Assembly (NCBI GenBank): GCA_964407135.1
Contig: CAYOUI010000001.1
Coordinates: forward strand, 816 to 64,815
Direction: 5' to 3'
Length of the DNA: 64,000 nt
Source of the DNA: an uncultured Methylobacillus sp.
GTDB taxonomy: Bacteria > Pseudomonadota > Gammaproteobacteria > Burkholderiales > Methylophilaceae
This document shows positions 52,852-62,566 of the stretch, in pieces. Positions within the stretch are counted from its first letter, which is position 1; every line of letters begins with the position of its first letter. Under the pieces are notes generated by a model that saw only the letters and a list, made by a program, of their open reading frames with translations, did not search any database and had not been told where the DNA came from. The position numbers and the translations under genes were made by a program.

Positions 52852-53475
52852 CTATAGAGAGCTTACCTCTTTAGCAAGTTTTGTGATTTCTGACCAGTTT
52901 TTATCTTTAATTAAATTTTTTGGGGTAAGCCACGTTCCACCACATACTGGAACATTAGGTAAAGATAAAAAGTCTGGAGCTGTTTTAATAGTTATGCCAC
53001 CTGTAGGACAAAATTGAATATCAACAAAGGGCCCCGAAAAACCTTTTAAAAGATCAACACCGCCCACAGCAACTGCAGGAAATAGTTTTAAAAAAGAATA
53101 TCCATCTTGACTGGCTTTCATAACTTCACTTCCAGTTGAAACTCCAGGTAGAAAAGGTAATTCTAAATCTTTACATATTAAACCCATTTCATTTGTATAA
53201 CCCGGGCTAACTGCAAATTGACTCCCAGCAAGTTTTGCATTTGTAGCATCAGACTTTGATCTTAAAGTCCCTGCTCCAACAATTGCCTCGGGTACTTCAT
53301 GCGCTATTTTTTCTATTGCCTTTAATGCACAATCTGTTCTTAATGTAATCTCTAAAACTTTTACCCCTCCCGATAATAGCGCTTCGGCAATAGGTACAGC
53401 ATCATCAGCATCATCAATAACAATTACTGGTATAACAGGTCCATATTTTACTAACTCAATTGTTTCCATTCTCAC
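52852..53475 (-). CDS. eda: 2-keto-3-deoxy-6-phosphogluconate (KDPG) aldolase
   Basis: Class I aldolase with the EITLRT motif and the Schiff-base Lys context (LKLFPA). The start is probably M3 (53469). Confidence 0.9.
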   Translation of the reverse strand: MRMETIELVKYGPVIPVIVIDDADDAVPIAEALLSGGVKVLEITLRTDCALKAIEKIAHEVPEAIVGAGTLRSKSDATNAKLAGSQFAVSPGYTNEMGLICKDLELPFLPGVSTGSEVMKASQDGYSFLKLFPAVAVGGVDLLKGFSGPFVDIQFCPTGGITIKTAPDFLSLPNVPVCGGTWLTPKNLIKDKNWSEITKLAKEVSSL

Positions 53476-53485
53476 CTCTTAAAAT

Positions 53486-55303
53486 TTAATTGGTCCATGT
53501 AATAGCGCCTTCTTCAGCTGATGAAACATTTTTTCTCATATTACCAAAAAGCTCTCTACCAATTCCATGACCATTATTTAATTTTTGAGTTTCTGTCATT
53601 TCTACCAATTCTCTTTTATCCCATTCACCATCATCAATTAAAACATTCATTGAACCAACTACAGCATTTAATCTAATAATATCTCCCTGTCTTATTTTTG
53701 CAATTGATCCGCCCGCTGCTGCCTCTGGGCTCATATGAATGGCTGCAGGAATTTTACCTGAAGCACCGCTCATTCTTCCATCAGTTACAATTGCAACCTT
53801 AAAACCTTTATTTTGAATTACAGACAAGGGTGGAGTAAGTTTATGAAGTTCTGGCATACCATTAGCCTTTGGTCCTTGAAAGCGAATAACAGCTATAAAG
53901 TCTTGTTCTAATTTATCTTCATCAAATGCAGATAATAATTCTTCTTGACTATTAAATATAAGTGCAGGTGCTTCAATAATATGTTTCTCTTCAGGAACAG
54001 CAGATATCTTGATTACAGACCTTCCAATATTACCTTTAAGTAATTTTAATCCGCCAGATTCACTAAATGGGTTATCGATACTTCTAATAATTGACTCATC
54101 CCCACTTTTTTCTGGTAAATCTTTCCATGAAAGTTTTTCTTTAACTAAAGTAGGTGCTTTTGTGTACTCAGCTAAACCTCCAAAACTTGAAGTAATAACA
54201 TCTGGATACATACATCCACCCTGAATTAACTCTCTGATAACAAATGCTGGCCCACCAGCTTTTTGAAATTCATTTACATCAGCTTTTCCATTTGGATATA
54301 CGCTTGCTAAAAGAGGAACAGATTTAGCTAGATCATGAAAATCTGACCAATCAATAATTATTCCAGCTGCTTTAGCGATTGCAACCCAGTGAATGAGATG
54401 ATTAGTAGAACCTCCTGTTGTCAATAGAGCTGACATTGCATTTATAATTACTCTTTCATCAACTAATTCTCCAATAGATATTGTTTCTTTATTTAAAATA
54501 TTTTCTATTAATAATTTAACTGCTTCTGAAGTAAGCTCTTTACGAATATCATTATAAGGGTGAACAAATGCTGCGCCAGGGACATGCAATCCCATCGCTT
54601 CCATTAACATTTGGTTACTATTTGCAGTTCCGTAAAATGTACATGTACCCTCCCCATGATATGCAGAGGATTCTGAATCTAACAACTCTTCCCTACCTAT
54701 TTTTCCCTGTGCATATTGTTCTCTAACTTTTGATTTAGATGAATTATCAATTCCAGTAGACATCGGTCCTGCTGGAATAAAAATAGTGGGTAAATGACCA
54801 AAATGTAGGGCTCCAATTAATAAACCTGGAACTATCTTGTCGCAAATACCAAGCATTAATGCTCCATCAAAAACATCATGAGATAAACCAATCGCCGCTC
54901 CCATAGCAATATTATCTCTAGAAAAGAGACTTAATTCCATACCAGGCTCACCTTGTGTTACCCCGTCACACATAGCAGGAACGCCTCCAGCAACTTGTGC
55001 GGTTGCACCAAAATTAGCTGCTGCTTCCCTTATAATATTTGGATAACTCTCATATGGCTTATGAGCTGATAGCATGTCATTGTAGGCAGTTACTATTGCA
55101 AGATTAGGCTTTCTTTCTGAGACAATCTTTAACTTATCATTCTTGGGTAATGCCGCAATGGCATGAGCAACATTTGCACAACCCAGACGATCAGTTCCTT
55201 TATCTCTTTTTTTCATCAAAGAAACTCTTTCAAGGTATGCCGTCCTCGTTGGCCGACTCTTTTCTTTTATTCTCTCAGTAATTTCAATAATTGATTGTTT
55301 CAT
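53486..55303 (-). CDS. edd: Phosphogluconate dehydratase
   Basis: 605 aa IlvD/Edd-family protein. The N-terminus (ITERIKEKSRPTRTAYLERV...LGCANVAHA) is colinear with E. coli Edd. Confidence 0.93.
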   Translation of the reverse strand: MKQSIIEITERIKEKSRPTRTAYLERVSLMKKRDKGTDRLGCANVAHAIAALPKNDKLKIVSERKPNLAIVTAYNDMLSAHKPYESYPNIIREAAANFGATAQVAGGVPAMCDGVTQGEPGMELSLFSRDNIAMGAAIGLSHDVFDGALMLGICDKIVPGLLIGALHFGHLPTIFIPAGPMSTGIDNSSKSKVREQYAQGKIGREELLDSESSAYHGEGTCTFYGTANSNQMLMEAMGLHVPGAAFVHPYNDIRKELTSEAVKLLIENILNKETISIGELVDERVIINAMSALLTTGGSTNHLIHWVAIAKAAGIIIDWSDFHDLAKSVPLLASVYPNGKADVNEFQKAGGPAFVIRELIQGGCMYPDVITSSFGGLAEYTKAPTLVKEKLSWKDLPEKSGDESIIRSIDNPFSESGGLKLLKGNIGRSVIKISAVPEEKHIIEAPALIFNSQEELLSAFDEDKLEQDFIAVIRFQGPKANGMPELHKLTPPLSVIQNKGFKVAIVTDGRMSGASGKIPAAIHMSPEAAAGGSIAKIRQGDIIRLNAVVGSMNVLIDDGEWDKRELVEMTETQKLNNGHGIGRELFGNMRKNVSSAEEGAITWTN

Positions 55304-55410
55304 AATTTCATATGTGTTTTTTTGATCTTAGGCATGCATTATCAATGAAATGCTATAAATAAGTCAATTATGCTCGTATTTAAATTTAATATAAATAAAT
55401 TTTTAACAGC

Positions 55411-55438
55411 CTTGAAATTTTTATAAAAGACTCCATAT
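55411..55438 (+). promoter_or_regulatory. Sigma-32-type heat-shock promoter of grpE
   Basis: CTTGAA-N14-CTCCATAT against the consensus CTTGAA-N13-15-CCCCATNT. It lies 36 nt upstream of the grpE ATG. Confidence 0.65.
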
Positions 55439-55473
55439 TAATTGTATCTTAAACTACAAAATTTTAATTAGTT

Positions 55474-55989
55474 ATGAAAGATAAAACGATACCAAAAAAA
55501 ACTAAAAAAGCAGTTAAGTCAAAAAATCTAGAAAAAGATTTAATTGATCAAGCTAAAAAAATTAAAGCTCTTGAGGAACAGTTACTCTATACTAAAGCCG
55601 ATTCAGAGAATAATAGAAAAAGATCTCTAGAAGAAGCTGAAAAAACAAGAAAATTTGCTATTGAAAGCTTTAGTCAAGAAATTCTTCTTGTAAAAGATAG
55701 TCTTGATTCTGCATTAACAATTGAAAATGCATCATTAGAAAGCTACAAAAATGGTGTTGAATTAACTGTAAAACAATTATCGACTGTATTTGAGAAATTT
55801 AATATTGAAGAATTAGATCCTGTAGGAGAAAATTTTGATCCAAATTTTCATCAAGCAATGACGATGTTAGATTCTGATGAAGAACCAAACAAAATTCTTT
55901 CTGTTTTTCAGAAAGGTTACAAATTAAATGGAAGAGTTTTAAGACCAGCATTAGTGTCAGTTTCAAAAGAAAAAGAAAAAAAAGCTTGA
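55474..55989 (+). CDS. grpE: Nucleotide exchange factor GrpE
   Basis: 171 aa with a coiled-coil N-terminus (LLYTKADSENNRKR) and the FDPNFHQA motif. Confidence 0.93.
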   Translation: MKDKTIPKKTKKAVKSKNLEKDLIDQAKKIKALEEQLLYTKADSENNRKRSLEEAEKTRKFAIESFSQEILLVKDSLDSALTIENASLESYKNGVELTVKQLSTVFEKFNIEELDPVGENFDPNFHQAMTMLDSDEEPNKILSVFQKGYKLNGRVLRPALVSVSKEKEKKA

Positions 55990-56012
55990 AATTATTTTAA
56001 GCATCCCAATCT
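55985..56012 (+). promoter_or_regulatory. Sigma-32-type heat-shock promoter of dnaK
   Basis: CTTGAA-N14-CCCAATCT. The -35 element overlaps the grpE stop codon, and the site lies 37 nt upstream of the dnaK ATG. Confidence 0.65.
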
Positions 56013-56048
56013 AGAGAATAACAATTTATTTATTAAGGAAATAAGAAA

Positions 56049-57989
56049 ATGGCAAAAATTATTGGAATTGACTTAGGAACTACAAACTCATGTGTTTCTG
56101 TCATGGAAAATGGAAAACCAAAAGTAATTGAAAATGCGGAGGGAACAAGAACAACTCCTTCAATAGTTGCTTATCAAGATGAAGGAGAATCTTTAGTTGG
56201 AGCTCCTGCTAAAAGACAAGCTGTGACAAATCCAGAAAATACTGTCTATGCAGTTAAAAGATTAATCGGAAGAAAATTTAATGAAGACGAAGTAAAAAAA
56301 GATATAGGTTTAATGCCTTACACTATTGCAAAAGCAGATAATGGTGATGCTTGGGTTGAAATAAAAGGAGAAAAAATGGCTCCTCCCCAAATCTCTGCAG
56401 AAATTTTAAGAAAAATGAAGAAAACTGCTGAAGATTATCTTAGTGAAGAAATTAAAGAAGCTGTTGTTACAGTTCCTGCATATTTTAATGACAGTCAACG
56501 ACAAGCCACAAAAGATGCAGGAAGAATTGCAGGATTAGAAGTTAAAAGAATTATTAACGAACCAACTGCAGCTGCTTTAGCATTTGGTTTAGATAAGAAA
56601 GAAGGCGATAGAAAAATTGCAGTATATGATTTAGGTGGTGGGACTTTCGATGTATCTATCATTGAAATAACCAGTGTAGATGGAGAACATCAATTTGAAG
56701 TTCTATCAACAAATGGAGATACTTTCTTAGGTGGTGAAGATTTTGATAATAGAATAATTGATTTTCTTGCTGAAGAATTCAATAAAGAAAATGGTGTTGA
56801 TATTACTAAAGATATGCTCGCTAAACAACGTTTAAAAGAAGCTGCTGAAAAAGCTAAAATTGAACTCTCAAGCAGCACTCAAACGGAAGTTAATTTACCT
56901 TATTTAACTGCAGATGCTGCAGGCCCTAAACATTTAGTTGTAAAATTAACTAGAGCTAAACTTGAATCATTAGTTCAAGATCTAATAGAAAGAACTGTTG
57001 CCCCATGTAAAACAGCAATAAAAGATTCAGGGGTCTCAAATGAAATCTCTGATGTAATTCTTGTTGGCGGTCAAACTAGAATGCCTAAAGTTCAAGAAAA
57101 AGTACAAGAAATATTTGGTGTGGAACCCAGAAAAGACGTTAATCCTGATGAGGCAGTAGCAGTTGGTGCTGCAGTCCAAGGTGGCGTTCTTCAAGGTGAT
57201 GTTAAAGATGTCCTATTATTAGATGTAACGCCATTAAGCTTAGGAATAGAAACAATGGGCGGTGTTATGACAAAACTAATCAAGAAAAATACTACGATTC
57301 CAACAAAAGAATCTCAAGTTTTTTCAACTGCTGAAGACAACCAAAGTGCAGTTACAATTAATGTTTACCAAGGTGAAAGAGAAATGGCAGCAGGAAATAA
57401 AAGTTTAGGACAATTCAATTTGGATGAAATACCTGCAGCTCCTAGAGGCACTCCCCAAATCGAAGTTACATTTGATCTTGATGCAAATGGTATTTTGCAT
57501 GTAAATGCAAAAGATAAAGCAACAGGTAAAGAAAATAAAATTGTTATTAAATCTAGCAGTGGACTTAGTGAAGAAGAAATTAAAAAAATGGAAGATGATG
57601 CTGAGCTTCATGCTGAGGAGGATAAAAAATTAAGAGAATTAGTTGACACCAAAAATCTTGCTGAAGGAATGATTCATTCAATCAAAAAAACAATGACTGA
57701 TCATCCTGATAAAGTAGAAAAGGATGAAAAAGTTAAGATTGAGAAGGCTATAACTGATCTTGAAGAGGCGTTAAAAACTGACAATAAAGATGATATTGAA
57801 GCTAAAAATAAAATTTTAGCTGAAGCGTCCCAAAAACTTGGAGAAAAGATACATGCAGATCAGCAAGCTTCACAATCTCAACCAAAAGAAGATGGTAAAA
57901 ATAAAGAAAAAACAGTTGATGCCGAAGTAGTTGATGCAGAGTTTGAAGAAGTAAAGAAAGAAGATAAGAAAGAAGATAAGAAAAAATAA
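56049..57989 (+). CDS. dnaK: Molecular chaperone DnaK (Hsp70)
   Basis: 646 aa with [19 protein letters not shown] and VGGQTRMP motifs and an acidic/Lys-rich C-terminus. Confidence 0.98.
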   Translation: MAKIIGIDLGTTNSCVSVMENGKPKVIENAEGTRTTPSIVAYQDEGESLVGAPAKRQAVTNPENTVYAVKRLIGRKFNEDEVKKDIGLMPYTIAKADNGDAWVEIKGEKMAPPQISAEILRKMKKTAEDYLSEEIKEAVVTVPAYFNDSQRQATKDAGRIAGLEVKRIINEPTAAALAFGLDKKEGDRKIAVYDLGGGTFDVSIIEITSVDGEHQFEVLSTNGDTFLGGEDFDNRIIDFLAEEFNKENGVDITKDMLAKQRLKEAAEKAKIELSSSTQTEVNLPYLTADAAGPKHLVVKLTRAKLESLVQDLIERTVAPCKTAIKDSGVSNEISDVILVGGQTRMPKVQEKVQEIFGVEPRKDVNPDEAVAVGAAVQGGVLQGDVKDVLLLDVTPLSLGIETMGGVMTKLIKKNTTIPTKESQVFSTAEDNQSAVTINVYQGEREMAAGNKSLGQFNLDEIPAAPRGTPQIEVTFDLDANGILHVNAKDKATGKENKIVIKSSSGLSEEEIKKMEDDAELHAEEDKKLRELVDTKNLAEGMIHSIKKTMTDHPDKVEKDEKVKIEKAITDLEEALKTDNKDDIEAKNKILAEASQKLGEKIHADQQASQSQPKEDGKNKEKTVDAEVVDAEFEEVKKEDKKEDKKK

Positions 57990-58014
57990 TTAATTAGATA
58001 AATAATTTATATAT

Positions 58015-58050
58015 AGTAGAGGTAATTAAATTTACCTCTACTAATTTTTT
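58015..58050 (+). terminator. Perfect 11-bp hairpin plus U-tract between dnaK and dnaJ (attenuating terminator)
   Basis: AGTAGAGGTAA-TTAAAT-TTACCTCTACT is followed by AATTTTTT, which abuts the dnaJ ATG at 58051. Confidence 0.7.
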
Positions 58051-59172
58051 ATGGCTGATAAAAAAGATTACTACGAAACCTTGGGTTTAAATAAGCAAGC
58101 TTCTGATGCGGAAATCAAGAAAGCTTACAAAAAACTTGCAATGAAACATCATCCCGATAGAAATAGTGGCAACCCAGAATCTACTGCCACCTTCAAAGAA
58201 GTTAAAAAAGCTTACGATGTATTGTCAGACTCTGAAAAAAGAACAATGTATGATCAATTTGGTCATGCCGGAGTAGATCAAAGTATGGGAGGAGGACCTG
58301 GTGGCCCTGGTGCAGGTAACTTTGCCGATTTTGGCGATATTTTTGGTGACATATTTGGTGGAGGTAGATCTAGTAGCGGGCCTAATATGTCGAGAGGTGC
58401 AGACCTTAGATACAATATGGAAATATCTCTAGAACAAGCTGCAAAAGGAACAGATACCCAAATAAGAATTCCTGTAATGGTTTCATGCAAATCTTGTGAT
58501 GGTACAGGCGCAAAAAAAGGTTCGCAACCTGTTGAATGCACTACTTGTAACGGTACAGGTCAAGTCAGAATGCAACAAGGTTTCTTTTCCATTCAACAAG
58601 AATGTCCAGACTGTCATGGGGTAGGAAAAATTATTAAGGATCCTTGTCCAGATTGTCACGGAAGTGGAAGAGTAAAAGAAACTAAAACATTGTCAGTAAA
58701 GATTCCTGTAGGAGTTGATGATGGTGACCGAATTAGACTATCTGGTGAAGGTGAGGCTGGAATTAATGGAGGTCCTACCGGTGATCTTTATGTAGTTATT
58801 AATTTAAAAGAGCATCAAATTTTTGAAAGAGACGGGGCAAATCTTCACTGTGAGATGCCTATCAGTTTTTCAACTGCAGCACTCGGAGGTGAATTAGAGG
58901 TTCCAACTCTTGATGGAAGCGCTAAAATAAAAATTCCAGCTGGAACTCAAACAGGAGCTGCATTTAGCTTAAAAGGTAAAGGTATTAAGCCAGTTCGAGA
59001 AAGTCAAGTTGGTAACCTTCATTGTCATGTTGTTATTGAAACACCTGTAAAACTTACAGAAAAACAAAAAAAGATTTTAGAAGAGTTGGAGGTAATGAAT
59101 CAAGCTGATAGAAGTAAACATAGTCCCAGATCTAAAACTTGGCTAGATGAAGTTAAAGATTTTTTTGAATAA
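58051..59172 (+). CDS. dnaJ: Co-chaperone DnaJ (type I Hsp40)
   Basis: J domain with HPD, a G/F-rich linker and four CxxCxGxG zinc-finger repeats. Confidence 0.97.
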   Translation: MADKKDYYETLGLNKQASDAEIKKAYKKLAMKHHPDRNSGNPESTATFKEVKKAYDVLSDSEKRTMYDQFGHAGVDQSMGGGPGGPGAGNFADFGDIFGDIFGGGRSSSGPNMSRGADLRYNMEISLEQAAKGTDTQIRIPVMVSCKSCDGTGAKKGSQPVECTTCNGTGQVRMQQGFFSIQQECPDCHGVGKIIKDPCPDCHGSGRVKETKTLSVKIPVGVDDGDRIRLSGEGEAGINGGPTGDLYVVINLKEHQIFERDGANLHCEMPISFSTAALGGELEVPTLDGSAKIKIPAGTQTGAAFSLKGKGIKPVRESQVGNLHCHVVIETPVKLTEKQKKILEELEVMNQADRSKHSPRSKTWLDEVKDFFE

Positions 59173-59173
59173 A

Positions 59174-59563
59174 TTAAAATGTTCCTTTTTGAATTAACTC
59201 AATTTTATAACCATTAGGATCCTCAATAAAAGCTAAAAGTAATTTTGATCCCATCATGGGGCCTGCTTCTCTAACTATATTTCCACCTTTAATCTTTATT
59301 TCTTCACAAGCTTTATAAACATCGTCAACTTCAATGGCAATATGGCCAAAAGCACTACCATGATCGTATTTATTTGTATCCCAGTTATGAGTTAACTCGA
59401 TTACAGTGTTTGATATTTCATCACCATAACCCATAAATGCCAAAGAAAATTTACCTTCTGGATATTCTTTTTGGCGTAAAACTTTCATACCAAAAATGTT
59501 TTGATAAAAATTAATGGATTCTGTTAAATCATTAACTCTGATCATTGTATGCAGTATTCGCAT
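59174..59563 (-). CDS. gloA: Lactoylglutathione lyase (glyoxalase I)
   Basis: 129 aa VOC fold (MRILHTMIRVNDL...ELTHNW...GHIA...YKIELI), colinear with E. coli GloA. Confidence 0.92.
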   Translation of the reverse strand: MRILHTMIRVNDLTESINFYQNIFGMKVLRQKEYPEGKFSLAFMGYGDEISNTVIELTHNWDTNKYDHGSAFGHIAIEVDDVYKACEEIKIKGGNIVREAGPMMGSKLLLAFIEDPNGYKIELIQKGTF

Positions 59564-59582
59564 TTTAAATACCTTTGAAAAA

Positions 59583-60251
59583 TTATTTTTCTTGATTTAT
59601 AGGGCTACTAAACCTACTAATATTTCCAGCTACAGTTATTCTAGCCTCATCGCAATTGTAAAAGGGATAAACACTATGTTTTAATCTAGCTGGGAAAAAA
59701 CACATTGTTCCTTCTTGAGCTTTATTCATTTCAATTTTATAGTCAACTACCGCGCCTAGGGTGTTTGTATAGGTAAAATTAAAATTTGAAATTTTATCTT
59801 TTGCATTACTATGAGAGGCTATGGGTAGCTTAGCCTGATCTTCGAATTCAGTAGGTATTTTCATCCAAATTACCCAACTATATATACCACTATGGGCATG
59901 TATAGGGTTAAACTCATTTTGATATTGATAATTTACCCACCAATCTCTTAAAGCCAGATGGTAGACTGCTTCTCCAGCTACTTGATCTTCATATGGCTTA
60001 ACAGTAGAAGAAAATTGTCTCTCATATTCATGAGCAAGACGAAAAATTATATTATTAATGATATCAAGATCATAAATACCCATATCATAAGACTTACTGA
60101 TATTGCCAGCCAATCTATCATTATAAAGTTTAGGATTTTTAGATTCATCTGACGCTTTAGCTATTCTTGTCCAAACAAAATCCATCTCTTCTTTAGTAAG
60201 TTGATATGTAAGAAAACCGGGGCTTGGAAGTTGATGAATATTATATTTCAT
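59583..60251 (-). CDS. Hypothetical protein, cupin / 2OG-Fe(II)-oxygenase-like (TIGR02466/PF13759-like by motif recollection)
   Basis: 222 aa. Motifs WWVNYQYQNEFNPIHAHSG and GTMCFFPARLKHSVYP...RITVAGNI resemble the W.N...H.H ... FP..L.H.V ... R.S.S.N pattern of that family. I ran no search. Confidence 0.45.
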   Translation of the reverse strand: MKYNIHQLPSPGFLTYQLTKEEMDFVWTRIAKASDESKNPKLYNDRLAGNISKSYDMGIYDLDIINNIIFRLAHEYERQFSSTVKPYEDQVAGEAVYHLALRDWWVNYQYQNEFNPIHAHSGIYSWVIWMKIPTEFEDQAKLPIASHSNAKDKISNFNFTYTNTLGAVVDYKIEMNKAQEGTMCFFPARLKHSVYPFYNCDEARITVAGNISRFSSPINQEK

Positions 60252-60255
60252 GAAA

Positions 60256-60729
60256 TTATACCTTTAATCTCTTTATCTGGTTAGCAACTTCTTGAGAAAT
60301 AAATTTAGAATAATCCCCTTTAAAATCAATTACTTGACGAACTAAAGAGGAAGTAATTGACTTATATGTATCTGATGCTATAAAAAATATGCTTTCTGAT
60401 TTATCATCCATAGTATTATTCATTTGAGCCATTTGCGACTCATAATTAAAATCAGTAGAGTCACGAGCTCCTCTTAGTATCACATCAATATTATTCGCTT
60501 TAGCAAATTCTACAGTCAAGCCTTCATAAGAAGTAAAGGTTACATTTGAATATTGACTTGTGATTATTTGGACAAATTTTAATCTATCCTCTAATTTAAA
60601 CATAGTCGATTTAGCAGAGTCTGTAACAACTGCAACTAGTAAATGATCAAAAATTTTAGATGCTCTTGCAATAATGTCTTCGTGACCCAATGTTAATGGA
60701 TCAAAAGTTCCTGGATATAATACCTTCAT
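60256..60729 (-). CDS. coaD: Phosphopantetheine adenylyltransferase
   Basis: Has the YPGTFDPLTLGHEDII (T/HxGH) motif; 157 aa. Confidence 0.93.
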   Translation of the reverse strand: MKVLYPGTFDPLTLGHEDIIARASKIFDHLLVAVVTDSAKSTMFKLEDRLKFVQIITSQYSNVTFTSYEGLTVEFAKANNIDVILRGARDSTDFNYESQMAQMNNTMDDKSESIFFIASDTYKSITSSLVRQVIDFKGDYSKFISQEVANQIKRLKV

Positions 60730-60744
60730 AAAAAATTAATATAA

Positions 60745-61290
60745 TTATTGTAATAGGTAAAAGTATACCTGTCCTGCTTGTGAATTCTTTAAAATTTTAA
60801 ATTCCTCCCCAGAAAATTTTTTGTTTGTCTCAAAATAAATAACACCTTGTGGTTTTAGATGGCCTTTGATTTTAGATAAAAGAGGATATACACCAACTAA
60901 TGTAAATGGAGGATCAAAGAAAATAATATCAAAAAGCTTATTATTATTTTCTAAGAAAATTTTAGCTGATGAATTTATTATTAAAGCGTTATCAGCTCTT
61001 AAATTATTTTTATTTTCAGAAAGATTTAACACGGTTGAATTTTTATTATCAACTAATATACATGATTGGGCATTTCTAGATAAAGATTCAAATCCTAAAA
61101 TTCCACTTCCAGAAAACAAATCTAAGCACGTTTTATTAGATAGATCTTGGCCTAACCAATTGAAGAGGGTTTCACGAACTCGATTTAAAGTTGGTCTCAA
61201 ACCATCAGAATCATAAAAAGAAATATTTTTTCTTTTCCATGATCCACCAATAATTTTAACCTTGCTTTTTTTGCTACTCACTACCAACAA
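60745..61290 (-). CDS. rsmD: 16S rRNA (guanine966-N2)-methyltransferase RsmD
   Basis: Has RPTLNRVRETLFNWL, the SAM motif DLFSGSG and the FFDPPF catalytic motif. Confidence 0.88.
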   Translation of the reverse strand: MLVVSSKKSKVKIIGGSWKRKNISFYDSDGLRPTLNRVRETLFNWLGQDLSNKTCLDLFSGSGILGFESLSRNAQSCILVDNKNSTVLNLSENKNNLRADNALIINSSAKIFLENNNKLFDIIFFDPPFTLVGVYPLLSKIKGHLKPQGVIYFETNKKFSGEEFKILKNSQAGQVYFYLLQ

Positions 61291-62566
61291 TAACTGTAGA
61301 AAATTTAGTCATATCAACTCGCCTTTGAAAAGCAGATTTAATTTCTTCAGCAGTTATTTTATCAATTTTTCTTGTAAAAGTTTCAAGATAATCTAATGGA
61401 TACTTATAAAAAGCCATCATACTTACATATTCTAGAATTTTTTTGTTACTGTCTAACCTTAAAGGAAATCCACCAATCATAAAATCTTTTGCTCTTCTAA
61501 GCTCATTTGAGGTAGGGCCATTTTTGATAAAATCTGCAACAGTTTTTTGAATCAATTCTTTCGCTTGCTTAACTTGACTCTTTTTTGTTTGAATTCCTAT
61601 TTGAAAAGGACCTGCTTCAATAAATGGCATGAAGTAACTGTAAACACTGTATGCTAGACCTCTATCTTCTCTAATTTCTTGCGTCAATCTTGACACAAAT
61701 CCACCACCACCTAATATATAGTTTCCTAAGTACAAAGTTAAAAAATCAGGATCGCCTCTTTTAATTATTGGGGCGCCATAATATAAATGAGCTTGTTTTG
61801 CAGGGTGACTAATTTCAATCTCTTGTCCTTTTACATAATCCACTGAAGGAATTTCTGCATTTATTTTTCTTTCAGAAAAACCTAAGCTAATTTTATTACC
61901 AAGATCTTCAGCATTTTTTCTTGATACATCACCTACTATAACTATTGATAATTCATTCGATAAATAGTGATTTTTATAAAAGGTATGTAAATCTTTCTTT
62001 CTTATTTTTTTTATAGATTCAACCTCACCTGAACTTGGTAAGCCATATGGATGTTTTCCATATAAAGCCTTCATGAAAGCTTTTGAGGCGATTGAACTAG
62101 GCATTGTTTTTGCTTGGTTAATACTTGCAATATATCTTTTCTTTTCTCGCTCTAGAATGCTACTGTCAAAATTTGGTTCATGAAGTACTAATCTCATTAA
62201 ATCGACAGCCTCACTCTTTTTATCAGATAAAGTCCTTAAACTAAAACCACTCTTATCTTGATCAAACGAACTGTCTAACTGAGCTCCTAAATCTATAAAC
62301 TTGTTTGCAAGATCTTCTTCATTTATACCTCCTGAACCCAAAACCATCATATGATTTGTAAGCGATGCTAATCCATTTTTTTGTTTAGTATCCTTTACAC
62401 TTCCAGCGCGGAAATCAACGTTAATATCTAGGATAGGTAAATCATGATTTTCAATAAAATATACACGTGCCCCATTATCTGTTTTCCAAAACTGGATATT
62501 TAATTTCGCAAACGTAAGATTTGAAAAGATCAATAATATTGAGATAAGAATTACTTTAATGAACAT
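61274..62566 (-). CDS. M16-family peptidase homologue lacking the zinc motif (non-catalytic partner type)
   Basis: 430 aa with a signal peptide and the M16 fold. The position equivalent to HxxEH reads SLTNH, so no zinc site is apparent. Confidence 0.8.
   Translation of the reverse strand: MFIKVILISILLIFSNLTFAKLNIQFWKTDNGARVYFIENHDLPILDINVDFRAGSVKDTKQKNGLASLTNHMMVLGSGGINEEDLANKFIDLGAQLDSSFDQDKSGFSLRTLSDKKSEAVDLMRLVLHEPNFDSSILEREKKRYIASINQAKTMPSSIASKAFMKALYGKHPYGLPSSGEVESIKKIRKKDLHTFYKNHYLSNELSIVIVGDVSRKNAEDLGNKISLGFSERKINAEIPSVDYVKGQEIEISHPAKQAHLYYGAPIIKRGDPDFLTLYLGNYILGGGGFVSRLTQEIREDRGLAYSVYSYFMPFIEAGPFQIGIQTKKSQVKQAKELIQKTVADFIKNGPTSNELRRAKDFMIGGFPLRLDSNKKILEYVSMMAFYKYPLDYLETFTRKIDKITAEEIKSAFQRRVDMTKFSTVIVGSE

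Noticed and set aside
57955-57989. Tandem repeat AAGAAGATAAGAA x2 at the dnaK 3' end
   Set aside because: It simply encodes the Lys/Glu/Asp-rich C-terminal tail ([11 protein letters not shown]). It is a low-complexity coding repeat, not a separate element.
58015-58042. dnaK-dnaJ hairpin as an RNA thermometer sequestering a Shine-Dalgarno sequence (GAGG paired with CCUC)
   Set aside because: The GAGG is in the 5' arm, about 28 nt from the dnaJ AUG, which is too far to act as its Shine-Dalgarno sequence. The stem plus U-tract geometry fits an intrinsic terminator better.
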